From IMG/VR virus record IMGVR_UViG_3300028048_001604: a DNA stretch of 63,050 bases; one strand, 5' to 3'. Under the pieces are notes generated by a model. It ran no database searches. It was not told the DNA's origin and worked only from the letters and a program-made list of their open reading frames with translations. Position numbers and translations under genes: made by a program. Shown one piece after another: positions 1-9,846 of this stretch. This DNA is from an uncultured virus (IMG/VR IMGVR_UViG_3300028048_001604). Taxonomy: Duplodnaviria; Heunggongvirae; Uroviricota; Caudoviricetes. Positions within the stretch are counted from its first letter, which is position 1, and every line of letters begins with the position of its first letter.

Positions 1-402
1 AAATAGAAAATCATTAGTCCTTAAATACTTAAAATAGAAATCGTAGATAATGGTTGTAGTCTTACGGAAAGAATCTTTGAACTTCTTGAATACCCCATAG
101 TTTTCACAAGTACATAAGAATGTTACTGTTGTAGACATACTAATTGTCCTATGTAATTCTTTATTATTAAGTTTCATTAAGTCTATTTGAACAAACCATC
201 TATCTCCAAAAGGTGGAACAATACCCTGCAGGTCACGAACTTTTGCTAAATCCTTTTGAGTATGTACCTCAATAATAGTATCTCTCGTAGTACCTATACG
301 AGCCTTTAATTTATCTACCATATAGATTGTTAAAAGGTTACTAGGTGATTGCAAAAGTACTACATCTGGTAGAGGTCGTTCACTTAAATCTCGTAAAAGC
401 AC
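1..402 (-). CDS. Partial ORF running off the window start; possible DNA polymerase III delta (HolA)-like clamp-loader subunit
   Basis: Not in ORF track. Hand translation from GTG at 402 (AAGGAGGT RBS upstream) is open to base 1: MLLRDLSERPLPDVVLLQSPSNLL...RDLQGIVPPFGDRWFVQID. The PPFGDRWFV segment recalls the HolA LPFFxxxRLVVV motif. Confidence 0.4.
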   Translation of the reverse strand, partial: MLLRDLSERPLPDVVLLQSPSNLLTIYMVDKLKARIGTTRDTIIEVHTQKDLAKVRDLQGIVPPFGDRWFVQIDLMKLNNKELHRTISMSTTVTFLCTCENYGVFKKFKDSFRKTTTIIYDFYFKYLRTNDFLF

Positions 403-2145
403 TTATACCTCCTTGACAAAGCCAAACTGCTTTGCATTCGCTCTTAATTCATCACATAGTACTGTGATGATAGTATTATAAACCTTACCGAATTTTAATT
501 CATCCCAAAAGTCACGCTGAACCTGAACAAAGCCTGCATCCCACTCTGTAACTTTATCTCTGTCAGAATAAGACGCTGAAAAATATAACTTTACAAAATC
601 ATATAACTTCTTGGCAGTTTCAGACCAATAAGATTTTGATTCTTCAATCTGCTTTAATACAAAACCATTCTCTGCTGTAGTATTCTTAAGGTCTTCAAGT
701 ACCCTAGGGTCTTTGCATACTGATTCTACATCTGCCTTACTTAAAATAAACATCTTATTCATAAATGTAGTACCCTTACCACGATAAGAATAAGCTTTAT
801 TATCTGAATCAAGTAAGAATAATACAAGGGCATTTCTTAACCAACTAGCAAAGCCTTCGCTTTCAGTATTGGGTGCATATAATACCCTGCCCTCATAAGT
901 TGTATTGTCGGCATACAATCTTCTAAATGTATAGTTGGCTACACATCTCCAAAAGTTTTCTTCAGTGATTGATACATAGCCTTGCTTATATGGTAGAGTT
1001 GTGATACTTCTGTTATGGATATTATCATTACCCATTACACCTAAAGCACCCTCAAGAATAGGAGAAGTTACCAACTCGCCATCTTTATGTTTAATCTCAA
1101 CAGGTAACTGAAGTCTTGGTAGTACAGTCTTGAAAGCACCACTTCTATCAACTACCCAATCGTACAAAGACATGGTATCAGTATCCCTAGATACAGTAAC
1201 TGTATTCTTCAACTCAATTTTACCATCTAATGTCTTTACACGCTTTTCTAGAACTACATTAGTGTCTAGAGTTGCACTATCGAACCAGTCACCTCTTGAC
1301 TGCATAATAAGATATACAAAATCATCGGTAATAAAACCGTTATTCTCAAATTTATATACCTTGTTTAGTTGTACTAGCATATCACTAGTAGTAAAATCAA
1401 CTGGAGCAATTATGCTCAATCTGACATTTTGCTTCTGTAGAAGTACAGTAAGTAGCATAATCTGATACAGGTATTGATACCCTGTTGACTTGCTGAACGG
1501 AGTGAAGTCAGTAAAATTTAATGCTACGGTAGGCTCCTGCATTGACTTTGTTACTGCGGAACTGCCACTACCCATATTAAGAATGTCTAAATGAATTACT
1601 AATTCCTTGTCGCTATTTAATGCCTCACGCAATTTAGATGGTAGTTTACTTAAAAAACTATCTAATGTGTAGTCGTTTAATTCATACCCAATCAAATTAA
1701 AATCTGAAACGTCTACATTCGGTGTCTTATTCAAAGTCAGTGCATTTAAAACGTCTGGCTTGCAAGACATGGCAACGCAATCAAGACTGCTAGGATAGTT
1801 TAATGAATCTGAAAGTGACCATAAAAGTGTATCGTTTGAAGAAATATTTTCAAGTAACTTTGTAAATACCTCTGATTCAAGAACTGAATCAATATGTGTG
1901 GTCGTAGAAATAGTACCCTGAATTATATTCTCTAACTCAGCCTTACTTTCTTTAATCTCGTCTAAAGTACTGCCTCTATCTATAAATGTGTTTACAATAA
2001 GGTGAGTTAACCAAGCTGAACCTTCTTGCTCGTTAATATTACCTAAAATTGCACTATCTATACCATCATAGAACTGTGTTACTGATTCGTGTGTAGTCTT
2101 ACTAAAGTAAAGTACTGCACATTTGAATACATCTAAATTTAACAT
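403..2145 (-). CDS. Hypothetical protein resembling a degenerate type IIG-like DNA methyltransferase/target-recognition protein
   Basis: 580 aa. C-terminal motifs (ENFWRCV...YAPN...SETAKKL...WDAGFVQ) recall the C-terminus of MGE type IIG-like MTases, but no NPPY/DPPY or FxGxG motif is present. Confidence 0.35.
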   Translation of the reverse strand: MLNLDVFKCAVLYFSKTTHESVTQFYDGIDSAILGNINEQEGSAWLTHLIVNTFIDRGSTLDEIKESKAELENIIQGTISTTTHIDSVLESEVFTKLLENISSNDTLLWSLSDSLNYPSSLDCVAMSCKPDVLNALTLNKTPNVDVSDFNLIGYELNDYTLDSFLSKLPSKLREALNSDKELVIHLDILNMGSGSSAVTKSMQEPTVALNFTDFTPFSKSTGYQYLYQIMLLTVLLQKQNVRLSIIAPVDFTTSDMLVQLNKVYKFENNGFITDDFVYLIMQSRGDWFDSATLDTNVVLEKRVKTLDGKIELKNTVTVSRDTDTMSLYDWVVDRSGAFKTVLPRLQLPVEIKHKDGELVTSPILEGALGVMGNDNIHNRSITTLPYKQGYVSITEENFWRCVANYTFRRLYADNTTYEGRVLYAPNTESEGFASWLRNALVLFLLDSDNKAYSYRGKGTTFMNKMFILSKADVESVCKDPRVLEDLKNTTAENGFVLKQIEESKSYWSETAKKLYDFVKLYFSASYSDRDKVTEWDAGFVQVQRDFWDELKFGKVYNTIITVLCDELRANAKQFGFVKEV

Positions 2146-2159
2146 AATACTTGGTCTCC

Positions 2160-2456
2160 TTAAATAATACTAAATACTGCTACAAGAGTATAAAAAAGAG
2201 CGATGCCGATAGGAATTAATTTACCCGTATCTCCTTGTAACTTGATATGCATTATAATGCCTGCTAAACAAGTACCAATACCCAATATACCAAAACCAAT
2301 ACCCCAAGCACAACACATCATCTTCGCAGTTAAAACAAAAACATTATGTGTATGCGTAACTGATACACAAGTTAAAGGTATGAAAGCATAATAAGTTAAA
2401 CTCTGATAAAGTAAAACTAGTCCGCTTATACCCATTAGTATTGCAAATACTAGCAT
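2160..2456 (-). CDS. Small membrane protein (3 TM)
   Basis: 98 aa with three hydrophobic segments; start abuts the upstream stop. Confidence 0.7.
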   Translation of the reverse strand: MLVFAILMGISGLVLLYQSLTYYAFIPLTCVSVTHTHNVFVLTAKMMCCAWGIGFGILGIGTCLAGIIMHIKLQGDTGKLIPIGIALFYTLVAVFSII

Positions 2457-3412
2457 TACTCTTGACCCTCCAAATTCTTTACAACATCAATAAATTTGGA
2501 TGCGGTTACGATAGGGATATAGTGGTCTCCATCTTTACCCTGTCCTGCATTAAACTTTTCGTTATACCCCTGAACTTTTTTAACTTTATTTGTGTACCTT
2601 GCTGGACTTCCGTCTGCTCCTGCCCATACAAGATAATCAATACTTTTCTTAACTGAGCCTAAAAATTCTACATGAATATCTGGGAACATATTATTAATAT
2701 AACTATAAAAATCTGCCTTTGTTTTGAATGGAGAACCTACTTCATCAGAACAAACTGCAACAAGATGTTTCATACCCTCTGTATGTACTTTAATGATATT
2801 TACCCATTTTAAGCCATCTTCGAGTTCTGACTTGAATTCATATAAACTCTTATAAATTTTTAAAGCTCTGATGCTTTCACTATCATCTGAAATATCAATA
2901 CCAAGTTTCTTTTTGATAAAGGTTGTATCTGAACCAATATGTTTATAAGCCTCATCGAGGTCATCAAAATCAGCAAAAATCTGTGTGGCAGATGTCTGTA
3001 CATCTGGGATATTTGCTAGGCGTACATACTCTGGCAAAGTAAAACTGTTCTTTGCTCTAAACTGGTCTGTAATCTTTTTCATAGCGTCAACAGATACCCC
3101 ATCTGGTACACCGTCATGCTCTGGTTCATATGTAAAAACAGCAAGTGGATTCTGCATATTAAACTTAGCCAAATAATCTATAATCTTACGAGCCATAGAC
3201 TCACCTACGCCTTTTACCCCAAGACTACTAGCCATAGCTACCAAACGTCTTGTTAGTTTACTAGGGCAACGTGGGTTGCTACAACAAAGATGTGTTAAAA
3301 CATCACTAATCTCTGTAGGGTAATTACAAATAGGACATTTTGTAGGAATACTCTCAAAGAATTCAACAGGTAAGTCTCCATTGTTATTATTCTTAAACTC
3401 TGATACTAGCAT
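2456..3412 (-). CDS. ligA: NAD-dependent DNA ligase C-terminal module (C4 Zn finger, HhH, BRCT) as a stand-alone gene
   Basis: PTKCPIC...LCCSNPRCP Zn finger, LGVKGVGESMA HhH, C-terminal BRCT-like GSVKKSIDYLVWAG...KVKK...IPIV. Start moved to ATG 3412 (AGAAAGGA RBS); track start 3502 overlaps the upstream gene. Confidence 0.8.
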   Translation of the reverse strand: MLVSEFKNNNNGDLPVEFFESIPTKCPICNYPTEISDVLTHLCCSNPRCPSKLTRRLVAMASSLGVKGVGESMARKIIDYLAKFNMQNPLAVFTYEPEHDGVPDGVSVDAMKKITDQFRAKNSFTLPEYVRLANIPDVQTSATQIFADFDDLDEAYKHIGSDTTFIKKKLGIDISDDSESIRALKIYKSLYEFKSELEDGLKWVNIIKVHTEGMKHLVAVCSDEVGSPFKTKADFYSYINNMFPDIHVEFLGSVKKSIDYLVWAGADGSPARYTNKVKKVQGYNEKFNAGQGKDGDHYIPIVTASKFIDVVKNLEGQE

Positions 3413-3431
3413 ATAACGTATCCTTTCTAAA

Positions 3432-3800
3432 TTAGGTTTCTGGGATATAAAGTGACAGGAAGTTTCCTCTTTCAAAATAAGGTTTTGTAACTGACTTATC
3501 AATAGGCTTAACTGCTACGCATTTGAATGTTTTCTTTGTATCATCACTATATGTTACCCGAACTTCAAATACATCTCCATAAGATACTACCTTAGCAATT
3601 TCAGATGCACCCTCATAGGTCTTACCCTTGTTTGTGTAGGTGTACTTAATAATCTCACGTTGTTCATCTTCAATCTGAGGTGGTACATCTAAAGAACGTA
3701 TCTTATTAATCTCGTGCAACCTATAAAGACATACGATGTCAATCGCTATTAATACTAACAGGACAAAAATATATACCTTATACTTTTCAATCAGCCTCAT
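3432..3800 (-). CDS. Membrane-anchored hypothetical protein
   Basis: 122 aa, N-terminal TM helix, AAGGAGG RBS. Confidence 0.7.
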   Translation of the reverse strand: MRLIEKYKVYIFVLLVLIAIDIVCLYRLHEINKIRSLDVPPQIEDEQREIIKYTYTNKGKTYEGASEIAKVVSYGDVFEVRVTYSDDTKKTFKCVAVKPIDKSVTKPYFERGNFLSLYIPET

Positions 3801-4308
3801 TGAACGCCTCCTTTAACTGCCTTAGATACCACAAACCTTCTTGAAAATCATCTTCACTGTTATTTGAAGTTATCGAGTACATAGAGTTCAAAATTACGGA
3901 TTCGTCATGTTTTAGCACATTTAGGTCTACATTACCCAAAGTCTCTTTCATTACCTTATCTAATATGGCTACATAAACTACCCCGTCTCTATTAAGATTA
4001 TCTAGAAGTGTCATAACTTTATTTAATCTTACATATTCAGCATAATTTAGTAAAGTCCAATACAACTCATATTCTCCTGAATCAGTGGTTGTATATAAAC
4101 CTAAACTTGACTGTTTAATGTAGCCTTCTGATTCAAGTACGTCTACAAGATTTGCAACCTTGCTACTCAGAAGATACCCACCTGATATTCTGTATCTGTA
4201 GTGAATGTTATACCCGATTGTTTCGAGCAGATACATACGACTAGTAAGCTCATTTAATGTTAATGCTTTACGACTGCAACTCAATAATATAAAGTCTTTA
4301 CCCGTCAT
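3787..4308 (-). CDS. YwgA-like winged-helix protein
   Basis: MYLLE...YRYRI..GYLLSSKVANLVDVLESEGYI...YTTTDSG resembles the YwgA pattern; coupled downstream of an HD hydrolase as in ywfO-ywgA. Confidence 0.5.
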   Translation of the reverse strand: MTGKDFILLSCSRKALTLNELTSRMYLLETIGYNIHYRYRISGGYLLSSKVANLVDVLESEGYIKQSSLGLYTTTDSGEYELYWTLLNYAEYVRLNKVMTLLDNLNRDGVVYVAILDKVMKETLGNVDLNVLKHDESVILNSMYSITSNNSEDDFQEGLWYLRQLKEAFNEAD

Positions 4309-5474
4309 TTTCTAACTCCTTTTGCAATTTTCAATACTTGCTCACGTATTTCAGATTCAATACTACTCTGCGTATAGAAACGTAACTTATGCACGTTAGT
4401 AAACTGAATACCCTTGATTATCGGACTTACCTCGGCACAAGGTACTACTGCACCTGTTATAGAATTCTTTACCAAAACGGTTGTATCTGATTCATCACGT
4501 CTGAATACTACTTTCTTTGGTGTGTCACATAAAATCAAGTCACCTAACTTATTTTCTACTGCCTGTTTTACTTTTGCATTAAACTCGGTATCATATACAA
4601 GTTTATATGCACTATTAAGTAAAAATGGTAATCTTCTTACATATTTTGTATCATCTAAAGCAAGAAACTTCTTAACATCGCTTGGATATTTGCCATTTGG
4701 AAGTAACTTCTGCATAGCTTCTACATATTGATAACGATAAATACGCTCCTGAGGGTTAAAATATACCTTATTGAACATATAATATCTGGCTAGAATAAAA
4801 CTTTCGAGTGCCTGAATACCCTCTTCTTTGATACCCAAAACTTCTCGACCTTTATTGTCACGCAAAATACATAAATTGTTTATCAAATCTTGTCTGTCAA
4901 AAACACCATAAGATACACCACAGTTTAAGGCGTCACGTTCAAGATAATCAAGTTTGTCTGCGTCAATAAAACCATCCATAAAAGTATGCAATACTTGGTA
5001 GTGAGGATTTGAAATATACATATACCCATCACCTTGATAAACCTGATTTACCAAGTCCCATGCCTCTACTGATGTGTTAATCGGTAAAATAATATCTTTT
5101 CGTAAACTCCTTAAAATATCTGTAAGTCTTTCTTCGTGAGTAATATCACTCAACACCTCAGATGCATGACTGAAAGGACTATGACCTAAATCATGTACTA
5201 AAGCCATCATACGCAATAGTTCCAAATCGCCTTCTTGAAAGAAGTTTGGACTGTTTTTGTTTACCGCATTATACATATCTGTAATGCACTGACATACCCC
5301 TAGACTATGCTGGTATCTGTTATGAGTTGCACCTGCATATTCGTACTCTGCAAATGCTAACTGTTTTATGTATCTCATACGCTCGAAAGCCTTAGTTCGT
5401 ACAAGACGTAATTCTGCATTGGAGAGTTCCATGTCTCCATGTATTTGGTCTCTAAAAATCATACACTTCCCCAC
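4305..5474 (-). CDS. HD-domain phosphohydrolase (YwfO/SAMHD1-like dNTPase family)
   Basis: RDQIHG, RMRYIKQL, THNRYQHSLGV, LVHDLGHSPFSH, DADKLDYLERD motifs. Confidence 0.9.
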   Translation of the reverse strand: MGKCMIFRDQIHGDMELSNAELRLVRTKAFERMRYIKQLAFAEYEYAGATHNRYQHSLGVCQCITDMYNAVNKNSPNFFQEGDLELLRMMALVHDLGHSPFSHASEVLSDITHEERLTDILRSLRKDIILPINTSVEAWDLVNQVYQGDGYMYISNPHYQVLHTFMDGFIDADKLDYLERDALNCGVSYGVFDRQDLINNLCILRDNKGREVLGIKEEGIQALESFILARYYMFNKVYFNPQERIYRYQYVEAMQKLLPNGKYPSDVKKFLALDDTKYVRRLPFLLNSAYKLVYDTEFNAKVKQAVENKLGDLILCDTPKKVVFRRDESDTTVLVKNSITGAVVPCAEVSPIIKGIQFTNVHKLRFYTQSSIESEIREQVLKIAKGVRK

Positions 5475-5850
5475 TCACTGCACGTTCTATACAAGTGTCT
5501 ATATCAAAATCAATTACATCGCATTTAAGGAAAGAATACCCATAAACTGCTACTCTATCCTTATTGATACGCTCGTATGACAAATCCTCTAAGTCTTCTC
5601 TGTAGTACGTATTATCCAATCTGACGTAACCATTTTTAAACTTGATAACTTCCTGCATTGGAGCGTCAATGAATTCAATATAACTTGATAAATCCATATC
5701 TAACTCCTTGATTTTATCAAGTGTCATAGATGCACGATAAATGTCTCCTGATTCGGTAGGCTTGCCTCTTAAAACATACCCTAAAGTTTCTCCTGTTGGT
5801 TTGTCTACCAAAATAGTATCAACTTCTAAAACATCATATTTATTAGACAT
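5452..5850 (-). CDS. Hypothetical protein
   Basis: 132 aa, AAAAGGAG RBS, promoter directly upstream. Confidence 0.75.
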   Translation of the reverse strand: MSNKYDVLEVDTILVDKPTGETLGYVLRGKPTESGDIYRASMTLDKIKELDMDLSSYIEFIDAPMQEVIKFKNGYVRLDNTYYREDLEDLSYERINKDRVAVYGYSFLKCDVIDFDIDTCIERAVSGEVYDF

Positions 5851-5873
5851 AATAGTTCTCCTTTTATAGTAAC

Positions 5874-5902
5874 ATTATACCATAAAACTCCTTAAAAGTC
5901 AA
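5874..5902 (-). promoter_or_regulatory. Sigma-A promoter TTGACT-17-TATAAT with extended TG
   Basis: Minus strand TTGACTtttaaggagttttaTGgTATAAT upstream of the 5850 start. Confidence 0.8.
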
Positions 5903-5904
5903 CA

Positions 5905-5931
5905 AGAACTCTAGCAAAAACTAGAGTTCTC
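5905..5931 (-). terminator. Intrinsic terminator hairpin
   Basis: Inverted repeat AGAACTCTAG/CTAGAGTTCT downstream of the 5977 stop. Confidence 0.6.
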
Positions 5932-5976
5932 TAAAATAACCTGTATGATTGACTAAGACTTACTATTACAGTCTGT

Positions 5977-6351
5977 TTAATATGGGTAGAGTTCTGGGTG
6001 CTTATCTTCATCTACCCTTTTATGCTTTCCGCAGATTGGACAAATAATATCAAAGTATTCTTTTTCATGCTTATCTTTATCTACTTCGTCTGAGTAGCCT
6101 TTATAGAGTCCATAATACCCCCATCGAGATGAGTCTATCAAAGAATGGCAATTATCACAAAATATATGCTTACCGAATCTATCGTCTAAATACTCTGTTA
6201 CCCCATCTTTACCCTCTAACTCTGAATGCTTTCCAGTGTACCACATTCTTGCATCGTCTAAAATACCTAGTTTATCAAGTACTTCTTCTCTATTATCGTG
6301 GAAAAAATTATTCATACTTGCTGACTCAATTTGATTATTCGTCTCTGCCAT
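5977..6351 (-). CDS. Zn-ribbon hypothetical protein
   Basis: CDNC...CPICG pairs; AAGGAG RBS. Confidence 0.7.
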   Translation of the reverse strand: MAETNNQIESASMNNFFHDNREEVLDKLGILDDARMWYTGKHSELEGKDGVTEYLDDRFGKHIFCDNCHSLIDSSRWGYYGLYKGYSDEVDKDKHEKEYFDIICPICGKHKRVDEDKHPELYPY

Positions 6352-6352
6352 T

Positions 6353-7447
6353 TTAACTCTCCTTTGATTTGCTTGCTATAAAGTTTGTGACTGCTCGCTT
6401 ATTGAAAGCGTATTCGATTGCAGTCTCATTAGTTACTTTACCCAATGTCCATAATTTTAATATGGTTCTATCCATAGAAACCATACCTGCCTCACGAGCC
6501 TCACGAGTTTCAAGATAGTCTTTAATCTTATAATGCTGTTCTGTACGAATAAGCTCTTTTATGTAATCATTGATAAACATAACCTCAAAGGCTACTACCC
6601 TGCCTCCGTCTTTAGCAGGCATTAACTGTTGACTTACTACCGCCTTTAATACCCCTGATAGCATAGAGCGTACTTCTGCTACCCTATCTGACGGGTACAT
6701 TGAAATAATACGGTCGATTGTGTCTCCTGCACCTAATGTATGCAACGTAGAGCATACTAAGTGACCAGTTTCTGCCGAAGATAAAGCAATATCAGTAGTC
6801 TCTAGGTCACGCATTTCTCCTACTAGAATAACATCTGGGTCTTCACGTAGAGCTGCTCGTAGACCATTAGCAAAACTATCGCAGTCTGTACCTATTTCAC
6901 GCTGGTTTACTATACTTCGTTTATGCCAATGGATATACTCGATTGGGTCTTCCAAAGTAATAATATGTTTCTTGCAGTTGTTATTAATAATGTCCAAAAA
7001 ACTAGCAAGTGTGGTAGATTTACCTGAGCCTGTTGGTCCAACTATCAATATCAAACCACGTCTTTCATTATAAAGGTTGAAAACTGACATTGGAATACCC
7101 AAGGTTTTTGCGCTTGGAATTACCTCTGGTAATACTCTAAATACAGCTGCACAATCACCTTTCTGCCTGAAGATATTTACACGAAACCTTGCTACACTAG
7201 GAACTGAGTAGGACATATCACTCTGACCTGTTGAGTTTACCTCGGTTCTATCACGTAAATCTGTTAGCTTTGGATTACTTAAAATACTATCCCTTAAAAT
7301 CTGCGGAGTTACAATATCATAATTCATAGACTCTAGTGAGCCTGCTAGACGCATCCTAGGTGGAATACCCACAGAGAAGTGAATATCGGTTGCACCTGCT
7401 TTTACTGCCTCGGTTAGTATACTATTTAAATCTTCTGGCTTTTCCAT
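6353..7447 (-). CDS. pilT: Type IV pilus retraction ATPase PilT
   Basis: TDIHF, RFRVNIFRQ, Walker A GPTGSGKSTT, TLEDPIE, ALREDPDVILVGEMRD, His box TGHLVCSTLH. Confidence 0.93.
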   Translation of the reverse strand: MEKPEDLNSILTEAVKAGATDIHFSVGIPPRMRLAGSLESMNYDIVTPQILRDSILSNPKLTDLRDRTEVNSTGQSDMSYSVPSVARFRVNIFRQKGDCAAVFRVLPEVIPSAKTLGIPMSVFNLYNERRGLILIVGPTGSGKSTTLASFLDIINNNCKKHIITLEDPIEYIHWHKRSIVNQREIGTDCDSFANGLRAALREDPDVILVGEMRDLETTDIALSSAETGHLVCSTLHTLGAGDTIDRIISMYPSDRVAEVRSMLSGVLKAVVSQQLMPAKDGGRVVAFEVMFINDYIKELIRTEQHYKIKDYLETREAREAGMVSMDRTILKLWTLGKVTNETAIEYAFNKRAVTNFIASKSKES

Positions 7448-7455
7448 ACTGTCTC

Positions 7456-8703
7456 CTAATGAACAATTACTAATGTACCGTTATCAATGGTATCGAATAA
7501 ATCCTTTGCAAACTGAACAGGTAAATTTACACAACCATGAGAACCATTATGAGTGTAGATGTTACCATCAAATCTGCCTCGCCAACTTGCGTCATGTAAT
7601 GCTACCCCACTGTTTGTTATACGCATAAATCGATTACAAAAAGACGCATAAGATGTACCATTATCATTTGTACCATGCATGGTATAATTTTTACGCATCT
7701 CACTGATAAAAAATAAACCTTTTGGAGTATCGTGCTTATTCAAAGTACCCGTTACACAATCCGAATCCATTACTGCCTGACCGTCAGAAGTATATACCCA
7801 AACGTGTTGATTTGCTATATCAACCTCTACAATATATTTACCGTCATATTTACTAACAGTCTTACCAGTCATAATAGGCTCTCTACCCTTGATTTGTTTA
7901 TCGCTTTTAAGCAACTTTTCAACTTCTTCACATTCAGCATCTGTATCTACTTTTGCTTGATATGTACCGCCCTGCACAGAAATTTCAGAGCCATCGTGTA
8001 ACTTAACTGTTTGACCTTGTGTATCATAATAATCTGCTAGGTCTTTACAGAAAGATTGCAATCTTGTTTTGTCTAGATTTAATGTGCTACCCTGAAGCGT
8101 AATATCGTCAGGCTCAAATTTGATACTTTTACCACAAGTATACTCAATGCTTGATTTTAGATACGTGTTTGCCTCGTTGCAAGTACCTTCTATATTACTT
8201 AAAACTAAACTCGGTTTTATATAATAATCTTCGACTTTAATACCCCTGGTTTCAGAAGATACTGCCTTTAACAATTTATCAATGTCTACCTGAGTACCAT
8301 TTACTTCTTTAACTGCCTCGTAATTACTGCCTGTATATTTTATTTCAGCGTCTTTGGTAGCTGTTTGTGTTTTATTGTATTCTTCAAAATACTTACGAAT
8401 TGCGTCTTTATCATAAGAATACTTAATCTTGGCTTTATAATTTCTATATCTAAAGTGGTCTAGCACAAACTTTAGCTGAGATGGTTTATCTTTTATAGTT
8501 ACACTAGTCTTGATAAACTTTTTGTTAAGAGTATCATCGGCAAAAATATGTGTAGCTGAATTTGCATATTCTTTTTCTAGTTTGTCTACTGACCATATGT
8601 AGGACATGTCTGTATCGTTTACCTTTAAGGGAGTTAAGCCTACCCAAAGGAACATCGCAACTACTATACAAAAAACAAATACTACTGACTTATGTTTCAA
8701 CAA
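7456..8703 (-). CDS. L,D-transpeptidase (YkuD domain, PG-binding-4-like N-region)
   Basis: N-terminal TM; VEVDIANQHV, CVTG...TPKG, ALHDASWR...GSHGCVNL catalytic motif. Confidence 0.92.
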   Translation of the reverse strand: MLKHKSVVFVFCIVVAMFLWVGLTPLKVNDTDMSYIWSVDKLEKEYANSATHIFADDTLNKKFIKTSVTIKDKPSQLKFVLDHFRYRNYKAKIKYSYDKDAIRKYFEEYNKTQTATKDAEIKYTGSNYEAVKEVNGTQVDIDKLLKAVSSETRGIKVEDYYIKPSLVLSNIEGTCNEANTYLKSSIEYTCGKSIKFEPDDITLQGSTLNLDKTRLQSFCKDLADYYDTQGQTVKLHDGSEISVQGGTYQAKVDTDAECEEVEKLLKSDKQIKGREPIMTGKTVSKYDGKYIVEVDIANQHVWVYTSDGQAVMDSDCVTGTLNKHDTPKGLFFISEMRKNYTMHGTNDNGTSYASFCNRFMRITNSGVALHDASWRGRFDGNIYTHNGSHGCVNLPVQFAKDLFDTIDNGTLVIVH

Positions 8704-8968
8704 GTTCTACCTCCGAATCACAATATTCCAATACAGTATCATAAACCTCAAATTCACTGCATACCCTAAACTTTTTATGCATCCAAGTCATACCCTTTGA
8801 GTTGTGAATGTTTGCATACTTGAATCTGCCTAACTTAACATTGCCTGCTCTTACAAAAAACTTCCAACCAGTACCCTCGATTTCTATCGGTACTAAACCT
8901 GATGCGACACCATTAACTCCTATCACAAAGTTACCGCGTCTGTATATATTTAATTGTTTCTTACTCAT
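8690..8968 (-). CDS. Hypothetical protein
   Basis: 92 aa in operon context. Confidence 0.65.
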   Translation of the reverse strand: MSKKQLNIYRRGNFVIGVNGVASGLVPIEIEGTGWKFFVRAGNVKLGRFKYANIHNSKGMTWMHKKFRVCSEFEVYDTVLEYCDSEVELVET

Positions 8969-8979
8969 TACTATGTTCC

Positions 8980-9846
8980 TTAGTCTTCACGCAACTTACC
9001 CAAACTGCGTAGTGTTCTACTCAAACTTATTGGGGTGTCTTTCCAATGTAGTGCAAATTCTAGTGTGGTTACGTCGCAAATACCCATGAAACCAAAACAT
9101 ACTACATCTTTACCCTTACCTATATTGTACCTATAATCACGGCAATAATCTGCATCTCTCATTTTCGTAGAGCGATAATCGTAAAAACCACAAGGAAAAA
9201 TGCTTTTAGTTGGTTTATTAGTATAATTGTTTACCAAGTAATTATACCTGCGAATTCGGTATGAGTCACATACTTTTATCATATTATGTGAGTATAGTAA
9301 ATTAATAAAAGGAATTGCATTTTTCTGCAACTCGAAAAATTTTAAAAAACTTGATGTGTCAATTTGTATGACCTTATATTCAGTCTTTGCATACTTTCGT
9401 ATTGCGTCTAATACATCAGCAGATGGCTCACCAAATAAAATAAAATACTCTACACCAAGATGAACTGCATAAATATCAGCATAAAGCATATGCTGTGAAT
9501 CTAATGGCAAATTGACCTTTACATTATTAGGTGTAGTAAAAAGTACGTCTCCACTCTCTAAATAGTATCTCTTCTTATAATTTTGGAAGTTTAACTTAAC
9601 AGAATACCCCTTATAAGGCATAGCTGCCTGCTGGGTTAAAAATAACTGCTTTATAGAACATTTAATATAGTCTTCAACACTAAAGCCTTTACATGAAGTA
9701 CTCTTTGTATGCCTGAAGTAATACTTACCATGTTTACTCCTACATTTTGCTACCTTTAGACCGCACATAGGGCAGGAAAACTCCTGCCCTACATCATCTA
9801 CATATACTAATTTTCTGTCGCTATTTCTAATAGCATAATCGAACAT
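8980..9846 (-). CDS. CoiA-like Zn-finger/nuclease-family protein
   Basis: N-terminal CPMCG...YYFRH...C motif typical of CoiA-like proteins; downstream YADIY (PD-(D/E)xK-like, possibly degenerate). Confidence 0.55.
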   Translation of the reverse strand: MFDYAIRNSDRKLVYVDDVGQEFSCPMCGLKVAKCRSKHGKYYFRHTKSTSCKGFSVEDYIKCSIKQLFLTQQAAMPYKGYSVKLNFQNYKKRYYLESGDVLFTTPNNVKVNLPLDSQHMLYADIYAVHLGVEYFILFGEPSADVLDAIRKYAKTEYKVIQIDTSSFLKFFELQKNAIPFINLLYSHNMIKVCDSYRIRRYNYLVNNYTNKPTKSIFPCGFYDYRSTKMRDADYCRDYRYNIGKGKDVVCFGFMGICDVTTLEFALHWKDTPISLSRTLRSLGKLRED

